A stretch of DNA of 64,000 nucleotides from Candidatus Limnocylindrales bacterium (GTDB lineage Bacteria; Chloroflexota; Limnocylindria; Limnocylindrales; CSP1-4). Shown piece after piece: positions 45,163 through 54,812 of the stretch. The stretch covers positions 4,248 to 68,247 of the forward strand of contig JBQGDI010000058.1 in assembly GCA_052038965.1 (NCBI GenBank), in the 5' to 3' direction. Position numbers and translations under genes: made by a program. The notes under the pieces are model-generated. The model ran no database searches. It saw nothing but the letters and a program-made list of their open reading frames with translations, and had not been told where the DNA came from. Positions within the stretch are counted from its first letter, which is position 1, and each line of letters opens with the position of its first letter.

Positions 45163-45678
45163 ATGCCCGAGATCGCTCCCCTCACCCCTCGCGACCCTCG
45201 CCTCGCCCCGTGGCGAGCCTTCGTGCGCGCCCAGGCCCACGTCGCCCGCCGCCTGGACGAGGACCTCCGGGCGGAGCACGGGCTCTCGCTGCAGGAGTAC
45301 GTCGCGCTCCTGAGCCTCGTCGAGTCGCCCGATCGTCGCCTGCGCATGGGCCGGCTGGCGGAGGCCCTGAACCTCTCGAAGAGCGGCGCCACGCGGCTCA
45401 TCGACCGGCTCGTCGTTGACGGCCTCGTCGAGCGGGTGAGCTGTTCGAGCGATGCCCGCGGCGCCGAGGCCGCGCTCACCGAAGCCGGCGTCGACCGCCT
45501 CCGCACGGCGGCGCCGACCCACCTCCGCGGCATCGCCGACTACTTCCTCTCGGCGATCGAGAGCGATGACCTCGCGGTCGTCGAGCGGACGATGCGGAGC
45601 GTCGGGGAGAAGGCCTGCGGCCAGGCCGCCGGGCGCGAGGTGGAGCGATCCGGCGGGGAGGTCCGGGCAAGGGTTTGA
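45163..45678 (+). CDS. MarR-family transcriptional regulator
   Basis: wHTH LSLQEYVALLSLVESPD...LSKSGATRLIDRLVVDGLVERV. ATG 45163; the ORF begins at TTG 45124. Confidence 0.8.
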   Translation: MPEIAPLTPRDPRLAPWRAFVRAQAHVARRLDEDLRAEHGLSLQEYVALLSLVESPDRRLRMGRLAEALNLSKSGATRLIDRLVVDGLVERVSCSSDARGAEAALTEAGVDRLRTAAPTHLRGIADYFLSAIESDDLAVVERTMRSVGEKACGQAAGREVERSGGEVRARV

Positions 45679-46442
45679 CCGGCCGGCTCTGGGTCGGGAC
45701 GTCCGGGTTCGCGTACCGCGACTGGGCGCCTCGCTTCTACCCGCCGGGTACGCCGCCGTCGGGCCTGCTGCGCGCCTACGCGGCACGGCTGCCCGCGGTC
45801 GAGCTCAACGCCACGTTCAGGCGACGACCGACGCCGTCGGCGATCGCCGGCTGGCTCCGGGCCACGCCGCCGGAGTTCCGGTTCGCGGTGAAGGCCCAGC
45901 GCGGTGCGGCGGTGCGAGCGCTCCTCGGCAGGCCCGAGGAGAGCGTCGCCTGGCTGACCGAGCCGCTCGGCGACTTCGGGGACCGGCTCGGCACGGTCCT
46001 GCTGCGGATCCCGGCGGAGATCCGGCGCGACGGGCCGTGGGCCGGCCGGGACGCCGACGAGGCGGACCGCCGCCTGCGAGGCGTCCTCGCGGCGTGGCCC
46101 GCGTCGATCCCGCTGACGGTCGAGCTCCAGGACCGGGGCTGGCACGTCGACGAGACGTTCGCGGCGCTCCGGGACGCCGGGGCGGCGCTGTGCGTCACCG
46201 AGCTCAACGAGCAGGACGAGCCGTCGATCGTCCGCCAGACCGGGTCGTTCCTCTACCTCCGGCTCCGCCGGGCGGACTACGGGCCGGATGAGCTCGAGGC
46301 CTGGGCGCGCTGGATCGAGCCGTTCGTGGCCGCCGGGAGCGATGTCTTCGCGTTCTTCCGCCACGACGCCACTGGCCTGGCCGCGGATCGGGCCCTGGCC
46401 CTGGGGCGGCTCGTCGCGGCGCGGCAGGCCGCGGTCGGCTAG
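45675..46442 (+). CDS. DUF72-family protein (YecE-like)
   Basis: N-terminal LWVGTSGFAYRDWAPRFYP motif. TTGA overlap with marR. Confidence 0.8.
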   Translation: MTGRLWVGTSGFAYRDWAPRFYPPGTPPSGLLRAYAARLPAVELNATFRRRPTPSAIAGWLRATPPEFRFAVKAQRGAAVRALLGRPEESVAWLTEPLGDFGDRLGTVLLRIPAEIRRDGPWAGRDADEADRRLRGVLAAWPASIPLTVELQDRGWHVDETFAALRDAGAALCVTELNEQDEPSIVRQTGSFLYLRLRRADYGPDELEAWARWIEPFVAAGSDVFAFFRHDATGLAADRALALGRLVAARQAAVG

Positions 46443-46810
46443 GAGGCCGGCGGCGCCCCGTGCGGATGGCCGCGCTGGTGATCGACGCGGTGGGTGTACT
46501 CGGCCGGCCCGAACGCCACGAGGATGACGAGCTCGTCCTCGATGTCGTGGAACCGGTGGACGACGTCGGCCGGCACGAACACGACTGACCCGGCCTGGAC
46601 CGGGGCGTCCTCGTCGCCGACGAGGATCCGGCCGCGGCCCGAGATCACGTAGTAGACCTCGTCCTCGGTGTGCGGACCCTGCGGATCGGTCCCACCCGCC
46701 GGAAGCACGTAGAGTCCGACCGATAGATCGTGGCTGCGGATGAACTCGTGGTACAGCCGGCCGCTGTCGCCCTGGACGCGGACCAGCTCGGCGAGCTCGA
46801 AAGCCTCCAT
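46439..46810 (-). CDS. Cupin-domain protein (123 aa)
   Basis: Cupin motifs G(x)5HxH-like: LYVLPAGGTDPQGPHTEDEVYYVISGRG and VVFVPADVVHRFH. ATG 46810. Confidence 0.7.
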   Translation of the reverse strand: MEAFELAELVRVQGDSGRLYHEFIRSHDLSVGLYVLPAGGTDPQGPHTEDEVYYVISGRGRILVGDEDAPVQAGSVVFVPADVVHRFHDIEDELVILVAFGPAEYTHRVDHQRGHPHGAPPAS

Positions 46811-46821
46811 CGGCGGCGAGG

Positions 46822-47670
46822 CTAGCACGCAGGCGCGGCCACCGACGGCGTGTCGGCGACCTCGACGAGCGTGTCCGGGACCGGGTACCTGACGAGGGCA
46901 TGGTTGCGGAGGACCAGCCGTCGCTCGATCGTCCGGCCGGTCCGGCGGTCGACGACCCGCTGCCATAGCTCGTTCGAGCGGTAGACGGCGCCGTCCTCGC
47001 CCCGGCTGAAGCGGTGCCCGACCTCGTCGACGTGGTAGGTATACGGCCACGGCCGGTCGGTCGCGATCGCGCCCTCGAGGTCCCGCGGGCCAACGCGGAC
47101 CAGGATCTGGAAGACCTGGTCGGTGTCGTTCCGGAGCCGCAGGTCACCGTAGTTGTAGAAGATCGTCGCGCCCGACCCGAACGGCACGACGCGCCGGGAG
47201 TCGGGGAACGGATCGAAGCCGTGATGGTGCTGTTCGACGACCCGGAGTGGCGCGTGGAGGGCCAGCCAGTGGAGCAGATTGGACAGCTGGCAGAGGCCGC
47301 CGCCGATGCCGACCTCGATCTCGCCGCGGCGCAGGACGAGGCCCTCGACGAACCCGCGCTCGGCGGTCGGAGGCCCGACGCGGTCCCAGAACGAGAAGAC
47401 CTCGCCGGGCCGGATCAGCAGCCCATCGATCGAGTTGGACGCGAGGGCCAGGTTGACGATCTTGCTCTCCTGGAGCCGAGGATCGAGGTCCCGCAGCGGG
47501 CGCCGAAGCAGCGACGCATGCCTGGCGATCGTCACCGGCAATGGCGTCTTCGACACGGTCGTGGCGAAGCGCAGGCGCCGAAGCCGATCCGATAGCCGCC
47601 GCTCGAGGCACAGCTCCGCGACCCGCACCTCGTACAGGCGCGGATGAAGGCTCGAGATCGGCCGACGCAC
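46822..47670 (-). CDS. VanW-family protein
   Basis: GTG 47670 with GGAGGG RBS. VanW core IRPGEVFSFWDRVGPPTAERGFVEG...GGGLCQLSNLLHWLA. Confidence 0.7.
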   Translation of the reverse strand: MRRPISSLHPRLYEVRVAELCLERRLSDRLRRLRFATTVSKTPLPVTIARHASLLRRPLRDLDPRLQESKIVNLALASNSIDGLLIRPGEVFSFWDRVGPPTAERGFVEGLVLRRGEIEVGIGGGLCQLSNLLHWLALHAPLRVVEQHHHGFDPFPDSRRVVPFGSGATIFYNYGDLRLRNDTDQVFQILVRVGPRDLEGAIATDRPWPYTYHVDEVGHRFSRGEDGAVYRSNELWQRVVDRRTGRTIERRLVLRNHALVRYPVPDTLVEVADTPSVAAPAC

Positions 47671-47718
47671 CGAGTCCCTCCAGCGACGCCTCCGGGACGT
47701 CCTCCCTAGGATGGAGCG

Positions 47719-49002
47719 GTGCAACCCCCGGTCCAGAGCCGAACGGCACGAGCGGCGAGCCTCATCGTGCTGGCGGGGCTGATCGCGGTCGCCGCCTGCG
47801 GGCCGGCTCCTACCCCGTCTGCGACCGTGCCACCCGGGGCTTCGCCTCCGGCCACGGCCGGGGCCACGGCGGGGACTCCGGGAACGGCCGGTCCGTCTCC
47901 CGCGACCACCGCGACCTCCTCGCCCAGCGCGTTCGACCCACGGGCCGTCACGGTCCGCGTCGAGGAGCTGGCGAGGATCGATGGCCAGCCGCTCGCCTTC
48001 GCCGCGCTGCCTGGACGTCCGGCGGCGATGTACGTCGCGTCGCAGGACGGCCGGGTCTGGCTGCTGGATGGCGGGACCGTCGCGGCCGGGCCGGTCGTGG
48101 ACCTCCGCGACCGGATCGCGAGCGGCGGTGAGCGCGGCCTGCTGGGAATCGCCGTCCATCCCGGGTTCCCCGCTGACCGCCGGGTGTTCGTCGACTACAC
48201 CGATCAGGCCGGTGACACCGTGGTGTCGAGCCTCGAGGCCGGCGCGGATGGCGCGACGATCGATCCGGGGTCGGAGCGCATCCTGCTCCAGGTCGACCAG
48301 CCGTATGCCAACCACAACGGCGGTGGCGTGGCGTTCGGGCCGGACGGCTACCTGTACATCTCGCTCGGCGACGGCGGCAGCGGCGGCGACCCTCACGGCA
48401 ATGGCCAAGCCCTCGAGGTGTTGCTGGGCAAGATCCTCCGGATCGACGTCGATGGCGAGGCGCCGTACGCGGTCCCCGCGGACAACCCGTTCCGGGACGG
48501 CGGCGGGGAGCCCGAGATCTGGCACTTCGGCCTGCGGAACCCGTGGCGGATCAGCTTCGACCGCGAAACTGGCGACCTGTGGATCGGCGACGTCGGCCAG
48601 GGCGACTGGGAGGAGGTCGACGTCGCGCGGGCTGGCCTGGGCGGCCTGAACTTCGGCTGGAACGTCATGGAGGGCACGCACTGCTTCAGCGCGTCGTCCT
48701 GCGACCAGGCCGGCCTGACCCTCCCCGTGAGCGAGTACGACCATACCGCCGGCTGTACGGTCATCGGGGGCTATGTCTACCGCGGCGAGGCCTTCGCCAT
48801 GCTCCGGGGCGGCTACCTCTTCACCGACTACTGCAGCGGCTGGATCTGGGCCATCGACGCGGCTTCGGACGCGTTCCAGCGGCCGATCGAGGTCGGGCGC
48901 GGCGGCCGAGGGCTGGCGGCCTTCGGCGAGGATGGGGCCGGCGAGCTGTACCTCGCGAGCCTCGACGGGACGATCTCGCGCATCGTCGCCGTCGGGCGCT
49001 GA
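47719..49002 (+). CDS. PQQ-dependent sugar dehydrogenase-like beta-propeller lipoprotein (soluble aldose/glucose dehydrogenase family)
   Basis: Lipobox LIAVAACG. Motifs GERGLLGIAVHP, QPYANHNGGGVAFGPDGYLYISLGDGG and NPWRISFD are typical of the GDH-B / sorbosone dehydrogenase fold. Confidence 0.8.
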   Translation: MQPPVQSRTARAASLIVLAGLIAVAACGPAPTPSATVPPGASPPATAGATAGTPGTAGPSPATTATSSPSAFDPRAVTVRVEELARIDGQPLAFAALPGRPAAMYVASQDGRVWLLDGGTVAAGPVVDLRDRIASGGERGLLGIAVHPGFPADRRVFVDYTDQAGDTVVSSLEAGADGATIDPGSERILLQVDQPYANHNGGGVAFGPDGYLYISLGDGGSGGDPHGNGQALEVLLGKILRIDVDGEAPYAVPADNPFRDGGGEPEIWHFGLRNPWRISFDRETGDLWIGDVGQGDWEEVDVARAGLGGLNFGWNVMEGTHCFSASSCDQAGLTLPVSEYDHTAGCTVIGGYVYRGEAFAMLRGGYLFTDYCSGWIWAIDAASDAFQRPIEVGRGGRGLAAFGEDGAGELYLASLDGTISRIVAVGR

Positions 49003-49003
49003 T

Positions 49004-49879
49004 TCAGGACGCGACCGTGGCCCGGGACGGCGACTCGACAGGGCGGCTGGGCGGCAGCGACGGCCGGATCGGGCGGAGGTAGAGGCCCAGCACGACCACG
49101 AGGTACGCGACGTGGACGACGAGCGTCGTCCACTCGGGCGACGCGGAGTACCCGAAGATCGCCCGGAGGAACTGCCCGATTCCCTCGTCGTGCGACAGCA
49201 CGGCCGAGATATCGAACGCGGTCTGGGTTCCGAACGGGATGAGCCCGACCTCGATGAACTCGTGGACGGCGTGGGACAGCAGTCCCGCCGCGATGAAGAT
49301 GAGCCCGATCCCGGTCCAGCGGAAGAACGACCGGAGGTTGATCCGGCGGCTGCCGCTGTAGATGACCCAGCCCACGAGCGCGGCTGCAGCGAGGCCCAGC
49401 AGCGCCCCTGCGAACACGCTCGGTGCGCCGGCCTGCGCGGAGGTTGCCTGGCCGACCAGGAACAGGGCCGTCTCGATGCCCTCGCGGATCACGGCCGTGA
49501 ACGCCAGGAGCGCGAGACCGAGGATCGTGCCCTCGGTCAGCGCCCGGTCGATGCGCGACTCGAGCTCGCCCTTCAGGGCCGCCGCTTGGCGACGCATCCA
49601 GAACAGCATCCAGGTCACGACGCCGGCCGCGAGGAGCATCGCCGCGCCCTCGAAGTACTGCTCGTACGGCTCCTCGAGCGAACCGACGGTCGCGAAGATC
49701 GCGAGGCCCGCCGCGACGCTGACGAGGATCGCGAGACCGGCCCCGAGCCAGACCTTGCCCACCTGGTCAGCGTTGCCGGTGCGGACCAGGTACGCCAGCA
49801 CGATGGCCAGGATGAGGGCCGCCTCGACGCCCTCGCGAAGTCCGGTAAGGAAGCCTGCGCTCAGGGCTCCGAGATCCAC
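49004..49879 (-). CDS. efeU: FTR1/EfeU-family high-affinity iron permease
   Basis: Two RExxE motifs (REGVEAAL, REGIETAL) in 7-TM topology. Confidence 0.85.
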   Translation of the reverse strand: MDLGALSAGFLTGLREGVEAALILAIVLAYLVRTGNADQVGKVWLGAGLAILVSVAAGLAIFATVGSLEEPYEQYFEGAAMLLAAGVVTWMLFWMRRQAAALKGELESRIDRALTEGTILGLALLAFTAVIREGIETALFLVGQATSAQAGAPSVFAGALLGLAAAALVGWVIYSGSRRINLRSFFRWTGIGLIFIAAGLLSHAVHEFIEVGLIPFGTQTAFDISAVLSHDEGIGQFLRAIFGYSASPEWTTLVVHVAYLVVVLGLYLRPIRPSLPPSRPVESPSRATVAS

Positions 49880-49966
49880 GCTGCCATCTCCAGTCCTGCT
49901 GTCTGGGGTTTCGATCCGGCCGGGGACGCCCGACCTGCAAATCCTAGGGGTCCGCTCGGGATTTGG

Positions 49967-50001
49967 TCAAGCGCCCTTGAGTACGCACATCAAGCGCCCT
50001 T
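49967..50001. promoter_or_regulatory. Two 12-bp direct repeats CAAGCGCCCTTG (23-bp period) 88-122 nt upstream of efeU
   Basis: Read directly: ggtCAAGCGCCCTTGagtacgcacatCAAGCGCCCTTGcat. Confidence 0.35.
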
Positions 50002-50004
50002 GCA

Positions 50005-50022
50005 TCGCCTGACACGTCAGGC
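50005..50022. terminator. Hairpin CGCCTGAC-AC-GTCAGGCG 45 nt downstream of the aceE stop (no U-tract)
   Basis: Perfect 8-bp inverted repeat read directly. A candidate factor-independent terminator of the actinobacterial type. Confidence 0.3.
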
Positions 50023-50067
50023 GACTGGTCCCTCCGGATCGCCGCCTCGGCGGGCCTGACGGCGGGC

Positions 50068-52794
50068 TCAGGCGTCGGGGGGATACGCCTTGTCGGCGTC
50101 GATGCCGAGCTCCGCGAGGGCCTTCGCCGCATCGGCTGCCCGCAGCTCGCCGGCGCGGGCAAGCGCAGCGACCGCCGCGGCGGCGATGCTCGGGGCGTCG
50201 ATCTCGAAGTACGCGCGGAGCGCCTCGCGCGTATCGCTGCGTCCGAAGCCGTCGGTCCCGAGCGAGACGAACGGAGCGTCGATCCACGACCTCACGAGGT
50301 CGGGCAGGGCCTTCATCCAGTCCGACGCGGCCACGATCGGGCCGCCTTTCGGTCCGAGGACCGTCGCGACATATGGCACCCGCGGCCGGGACGCCGGATG
50401 GAGGCGGTTCCAGCGGTCGACCGCCAGGGCGTCCCGTCGGAGCTCCGGCCACGACGGCGCCGAGTACACCTCCGCGGCGACCCCGAACCGCTCGGCCAGC
50501 AGGCCCTGTGCGGCGACGACCTGCGGCAGGATCGAGCCTGAGCCGACCAGCCGGACGGCCGGCGCCGCCTTCCGGCCGTTGGAGCTCTTCACCGATGGCG
50601 CGGCGGCAAAGCGGTAGATCCCGCGGAGGATCCCGTCGTCCACGCCCTCCGGCTTGGGGGCCTGCGGGTAGTTCTCGTTGTAGATCGTGACGTAGTAGAC
50701 GAGATCCTCGCCCTTGACGTGCATCCGCTCGATCCCGTCTCGGATGACGGCGGCCAGCTCGTAGGCGTACGACGGGTCGTACTGGCGGACGGCCGGGTTC
50801 GTCGAGGCCGTGAGGTGGCTGTGGCCGTCGTCGTGCTGGAGCCCCTCGCCATGCAGCGTCGTCCGGCCGGCGGTTGCGCCCATCAGGAAGCCGCGGGAGC
50901 GGGCGTCGGTCGCCGCCCAGAACTGGTCGCCCGTCCGCTGGAAGCCGAACATCGAGTAGAAGATGTAGAACGGGATGACCGGGTGACCATGCGTCGCGTA
51001 CGACGTGGCCGCGGCCTGGAAGCTCGCCGCCGAGCCGGCCTCGGTGATGCCCTCCTCGAGGACCTGGCCGTCGGTCGACACGCGGTACATCATGATAAGC
51101 TCGGAGTCGACCGGCTCGTACTGCTGGCCGAGGGCGGAGTAGATGCCGACCTCGTTGAACAGCGGGTCCATCCCGAACGTCCGGGCCTCGTCGGGGATGA
51201 TCGGCACGATCCGCGGTCCCAGCTCGGGATCCCGGATGAGGTTCCGAAGCATCCGGGTGAAGGCCATCGTCGTCGAGACCGGCGTCGTCGAGCCGCCGGC
51301 AAACTCGGCGTCGAAGGCCGGCGCGGGGGCGGGCAGGTGGACGACTCGGACGACCCGCCGCGGCAGCGGGCCCCCGAGCGCGCGCCGCCGTTCCTTGAGG
51401 TACTTGACCTCGTCGGAATCGTCACCCGGGTGGTAGTACGGCGCGTCCTTGAGCCTGGCGTCCGGGATCGGCAGCTCGAGGCGATCGCGGAAGATCCGGA
51501 GCTCCTGCTCGGACAGCTTCTTGGCCTGGTGGGTGATGTTCCGCGCCTCGACGCCGGGACCGAGGGTCCAGCCCTTGACGGTCTTGGCCAGGATCACCGT
51601 CGGCGCGCCCCTGAACTCCGTCGCGGCCTTGTAGGCGGCGTAGACCTTGCGGTAGTCGTGGCCGCCGCGGCGCAGCCGCGAGAGGTCGTCGTCGGTCAGG
51701 TGCTCGACGAGGCGGCGGAGGCGCGGGTCGGGCCCGAAGAAGTGCTCGCGAATGTAGGCCCCGCCGGCGACCGAAAACTTCTGGAACTCGCCGTCGAGCG
51801 TCCGGTTCATCTCCTCGACGAGGACGCCGTCCACGTCGCGGGCGAGCAGCTCGTCCCACTCGCGGCCCCAGATGACCTTGATGACGTTCCAGCCGGCGCC
51901 GCGGAAGGCCGCCTCGAGCTCCTGGATGATCTTGCCGTTGCCCCGGACCGGGCCGTCGAGGCGCTGGAGGTTGCAGTTGACGACGAAGGTCAGGTTGTCG
52001 AGGCCCTCGCGGGCCGCGACGTGCAGCGCCCCGAGCGTCTCGGGCTCGTCGGTCTCGCCGTCGCCGAGGAACGCCCAGACCCGCGAGCCGGACGTGTCGT
52101 GGAGCCCGCGGTTGTGGAGGTAGCGGTTGAAGCGGGCCTGGTAGATCGCGCTGATCGGCCCGAGGCCCATCGAAACCGTGGGGAACTCCCAGAAGTCCGG
52201 CATGAGGCGCGGGTGGGGATAGGAGGACAGGCCGTTCTGCGGCGGCGTCTCACGTCGGAACTGGTCCAGCTGGTCCTCGGACAGCCGCCCTTCGAGGAAC
52301 GCCCGGGCGTAGATGCCCGGGGCGGCGTGGCCCTGGTAGAAGACCTGGTCGCCCGCCTGGCCGTCATCCCGGCCCCGGAAGAAGTGGTTGAAACCGACCT
52401 CGTAGAGCGTCGCCGCCGAGGCGTACGTCGCGAGGTGACCCCCGAGGCCCGCGTACCGGGTGTTGGCCCGCAGGACCATCGCCACGGCGTTCCAGCGGAT
52501 GAGGCGTCGAATCCGGCGCTCCATCGTCTCGTCGCCGGGGAAGGTCGGCTCGTGCTCCGGGCTGATCGTGTTGATGTAGCGGGTGAAGGTCAGCGGCGGC
52601 AGCCCGATCTGGAGCTGCCGGGCGCGCTTCAGGAGCTTGAACAGCAGGAACCGCGCACGCGTCTCGCCCTCGTCCTCGACCACGTCATCCAGCGACTCGA
52701 TCCACTCGCGGGTCTCGCCCGGGTCGATGTCCGGCAGCTGGCCCTTGAACTCGTCGAAGAAGACATTGCCGCTGCGCGGCTCGGTGATGCTCAT
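50068..52794 (-). CDS. aceE: Pyruvate dehydrogenase E1 component (homodimeric AceE type)
   Basis: 908 aa from ATG 52794. Classic AceE N-terminus MSITEPRSGNVFFDEFKGQLPDIDPGETREWIESLD and TPP-binding GDGE...N region. Confidence 0.9.
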   Translation of the reverse strand: MSITEPRSGNVFFDEFKGQLPDIDPGETREWIESLDDVVEDEGETRARFLLFKLLKRARQLQIGLPPLTFTRYINTISPEHEPTFPGDETMERRIRRLIRWNAVAMVLRANTRYAGLGGHLATYASAATLYEVGFNHFFRGRDDGQAGDQVFYQGHAAPGIYARAFLEGRLSEDQLDQFRRETPPQNGLSSYPHPRLMPDFWEFPTVSMGLGPISAIYQARFNRYLHNRGLHDTSGSRVWAFLGDGETDEPETLGALHVAAREGLDNLTFVVNCNLQRLDGPVRGNGKIIQELEAAFRGAGWNVIKVIWGREWDELLARDVDGVLVEEMNRTLDGEFQKFSVAGGAYIREHFFGPDPRLRRLVEHLTDDDLSRLRRGGHDYRKVYAAYKAATEFRGAPTVILAKTVKGWTLGPGVEARNITHQAKKLSEQELRIFRDRLELPIPDARLKDAPYYHPGDDSDEVKYLKERRRALGGPLPRRVVRVVHLPAPAPAFDAEFAGGSTTPVSTTMAFTRMLRNLIRDPELGPRIVPIIPDEARTFGMDPLFNEVGIYSALGQQYEPVDSELIMMYRVSTDGQVLEEGITEAGSAASFQAAATSYATHGHPVIPFYIFYSMFGFQRTGDQFWAATDARSRGFLMGATAGRTTLHGEGLQHDDGHSHLTASTNPAVRQYDPSYAYELAAVIRDGIERMHVKGEDLVYYVTIYNENYPQAPKPEGVDDGILRGIYRFAAAPSVKSSNGRKAAPAVRLVGSGSILPQVVAAQGLLAERFGVAAEVYSAPSWPELRRDALAVDRWNRLHPASRPRVPYVATVLGPKGGPIVAASDWMKALPDLVRSWIDAPFVSLGTDGFGRSDTREALRAYFEIDAPSIAAAAVAALARAGELRAADAAKALAELGIDADKAYPPDA

Positions 52795-53180
52795 GCCGGG
52801 ACGGGCTCCAGTCGGAAGTTCGCGGCCAGGGTGTGCTCGCGGAGCATGCTCCGGAGGGCCGGGTCGCGAGCGTACTTGTCGCGCAGCGCGGCGCTGATCG
52901 CCTCGCTGCTCGCGGGATCGGCGGCGGGCACGGCGCGCGCGGCGACCCGGCGACCGTCGACGTGGACGGCGACCTCGGGATTGGCGAGCGCCTCGCGGTA
53001 CCACCGGCCGCGCTCGCCGCGAACCGAGCGGACGTGCACGGTGCCGTCCCGGACCACGATCCAGATGATCGTCCGGTGGATCGGTCCGCCGGGGGCGCGC
53101 GTCTCAATCTCGACCTCGTCGGCGGCCGCCATGGCCGCAAGGTCGGTTTCGTCGAACCTCACGTCGAAAGCGTAGCCCAT
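52791..53180 (-). CDS. DUF2255-family small protein
   Basis: IHRTIIWIVVRDGTVHVRSVRGERGRWYREALANPEVAVHVDGRRV. ATGA overlap with aceE. Confidence 0.6.
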   Translation of the reverse strand: MGYAFDVRFDETDLAAMAAADEVEIETRAPGGPIHRTIIWIVVRDGTVHVRSVRGERGRWYREALANPEVAVHVDGRRVAARAVPAADPASSEAISAALRDKYARDPALRSMLREHTLAANFRLEPVPA

Positions 53181-53251
53181 GTCGTGGCCTCGGCCCAGCG
53201 ACGGGTGGATGGCGGCCGGGCGCCAGTCGCGTTGCGCTAACCTCGCGGGCC

Positions 53252-53857
53252 ATGGAGCGATACGACTCGAAGGCCGCGCTGGTCGTCGTCGATGTCCAGA
53301 ACGACTTCGCCGACCCGATGGGCTCGCTCTACGTGGAGGGTGCCCAGGCGATCCTGCCGCTCGTCAATTCCGAGGCCGCCAAGGCCATCGAGCGCGGTGG
53401 CTTCGTGGTCTATACCCAGGATTGGCATCCGGCCTCGACGCCGCACTTCGCCAAGGACGGCGGCGTCTGGCCGGTCCACTGCGTCGCCGGCACCTGGGGC
53501 GCCGAGTTCCACCCATCCCTGGAGGTCGGCGGCCCCGTCGTGAGGAAGGGCTCGAACGGCGAGGACGGCTATTCGGGGTTCACGATGCGCGACCCGCAGT
53601 TCGGCGAGACGAAGCCGACCGAGCTCGAGGGCCTGCTCCGCGAACGCGGGGTCGAACGGGTCGTCATCGCCGGCCTGGCGACCGACTACTGCGTCAGCGC
53701 CACGGCCCTCGACGCGGCCCGGCTGGGGTTCGGGGTCGAGGTCCTCCAGGACGCGATCGCGGCCGTCAACCTCCAGCCAGACGACGGCGAGAAGGCCAAT
53801 GCGGCGATGCTGGCCGCCGGCTTCGTCATGTGCTACTGCTTCGGGACGCTCCCCTAG
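53252..53857 (+). CDS. pncA: Isochorismatase-family cysteine hydrolase (nicotinamidase/PncA-like)
   Basis: ALVVVDVQNDF...K...C (VIAGLATDYCV) catalytic D-K-C triad pattern. Confidence 0.8.
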   Translation: MERYDSKAALVVVDVQNDFADPMGSLYVEGAQAILPLVNSEAAKAIERGGFVVYTQDWHPASTPHFAKDGGVWPVHCVAGTWGAEFHPSLEVGGPVVRKGSNGEDGYSGFTMRDPQFGETKPTELEGLLRERGVERVVIAGLATDYCVSATALDAARLGFGVEVLQDAIAAVNLQPDDGEKANAAMLAAGFVMCYCFGTLP

Positions 53858-53885
53858 CCCCCCCCGAGGCCGGCACGCCGAGCCC

Positions 53886-54785
53886 ATGAAGCTCCATCTC
53901 GTCGACGCGACCTACGAGCTCTTCCGCGCCCACTACGCGCCCCGGCCGCCCGTGCTCGGGCACGATGGCCTGAACCTCTCGGGTGTCTCGGGCGTGGTGG
54001 AGCAGCTGCTGTTCCTCCTCCGCGACGAAGGCGCGACCCACCTCGGCTGCGCAACCGACCACGTCATCGAGTCGTTCCGGAACGACCTGTGGCCGGGATA
54101 CAAGTCGTCGGCCGGAATGCCGCCGGAGCTGCTCGCCCAGTTCCCGATCGTCGAGGCGGCGATCGAGGCGCTGGGGATCGCCGTCTGGCCGATGGTCGAG
54201 TTCGAGGCGGACGATGCGATCGCGGCGGCGTGCGTGCGATTCGCCGCGGACCCCCGGGTGGAACAGGTCCTCGTCTGCACTCCCGACAAGGACATGGCCC
54301 AGCTCGTCGACGACGAACGGGTCGTGCTCCTCGATCGGCGCCGCCGGATCGCCTACGACGACGCCGCGGTTCGCGAGAAGTGGGGCGTGTCGCCGGCCTC
54401 CATCCCGGATTGGCTCGCGCTCGTCGGCGATGCCTCGGACGGCTACCCGGGGCTGCCCGGCTGGGGCGCGAAGTCGGCGGCGGCGGTCCTCGCGCGCTAC
54501 GGCTCGCTCGCGGCGATCCCCGAGAAGGCCTCGGCCTGGGAGGTCCCCGCGGTCCGAGGCGCCAAGGCGGTCAGTCTCGCCGCCACGCTGCGCGAGCGGT
54601 GGCCGGACGCCAACCTGTTCCGGTCGCTCGCCCGGCTGCGAACCGCGGAGGATGGCGTGGTCATCCCGCAGGCCGACGTCGAGGAGCTGCGCTGGCGGGG
54701 CACGCCCCGGGCGACCTGGCTGGCGTTCTGCGAGCGCTGGGGCCTCGAGCGACTGGCGGCCCGCCCGCACCGCTGGCGCGACTGA
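53886..54785 (+). CDS. 5'-3' exonuclease / flap endonuclease (Pol I N-terminal-like, ExoIX family)
   Basis: MKLHLVDATYELFRAHYA...GDASDGYPGLPGWGAKSAAAVLARYGSL (H3TH). ATG 53886. Confidence 0.8.
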   Translation: MKLHLVDATYELFRAHYAPRPPVLGHDGLNLSGVSGVVEQLLFLLRDEGATHLGCATDHVIESFRNDLWPGYKSSAGMPPELLAQFPIVEAAIEALGIAVWPMVEFEADDAIAAACVRFAADPRVEQVLVCTPDKDMAQLVDDERVVLLDRRRRIAYDDAAVREKWGVSPASIPDWLALVGDASDGYPGLPGWGAKSAAAVLARYGSLAAIPEKASAWEVPAVRGAKAVSLAATLRERWPDANLFRSLARLRTAEDGVVIPQADVEELRWRGTPRATWLAFCERWGLERLAARPHRWRD

Positions 54786-54812
54786 GGATCCGCCCAGGGC
54801 TCAGCCGCGGGC

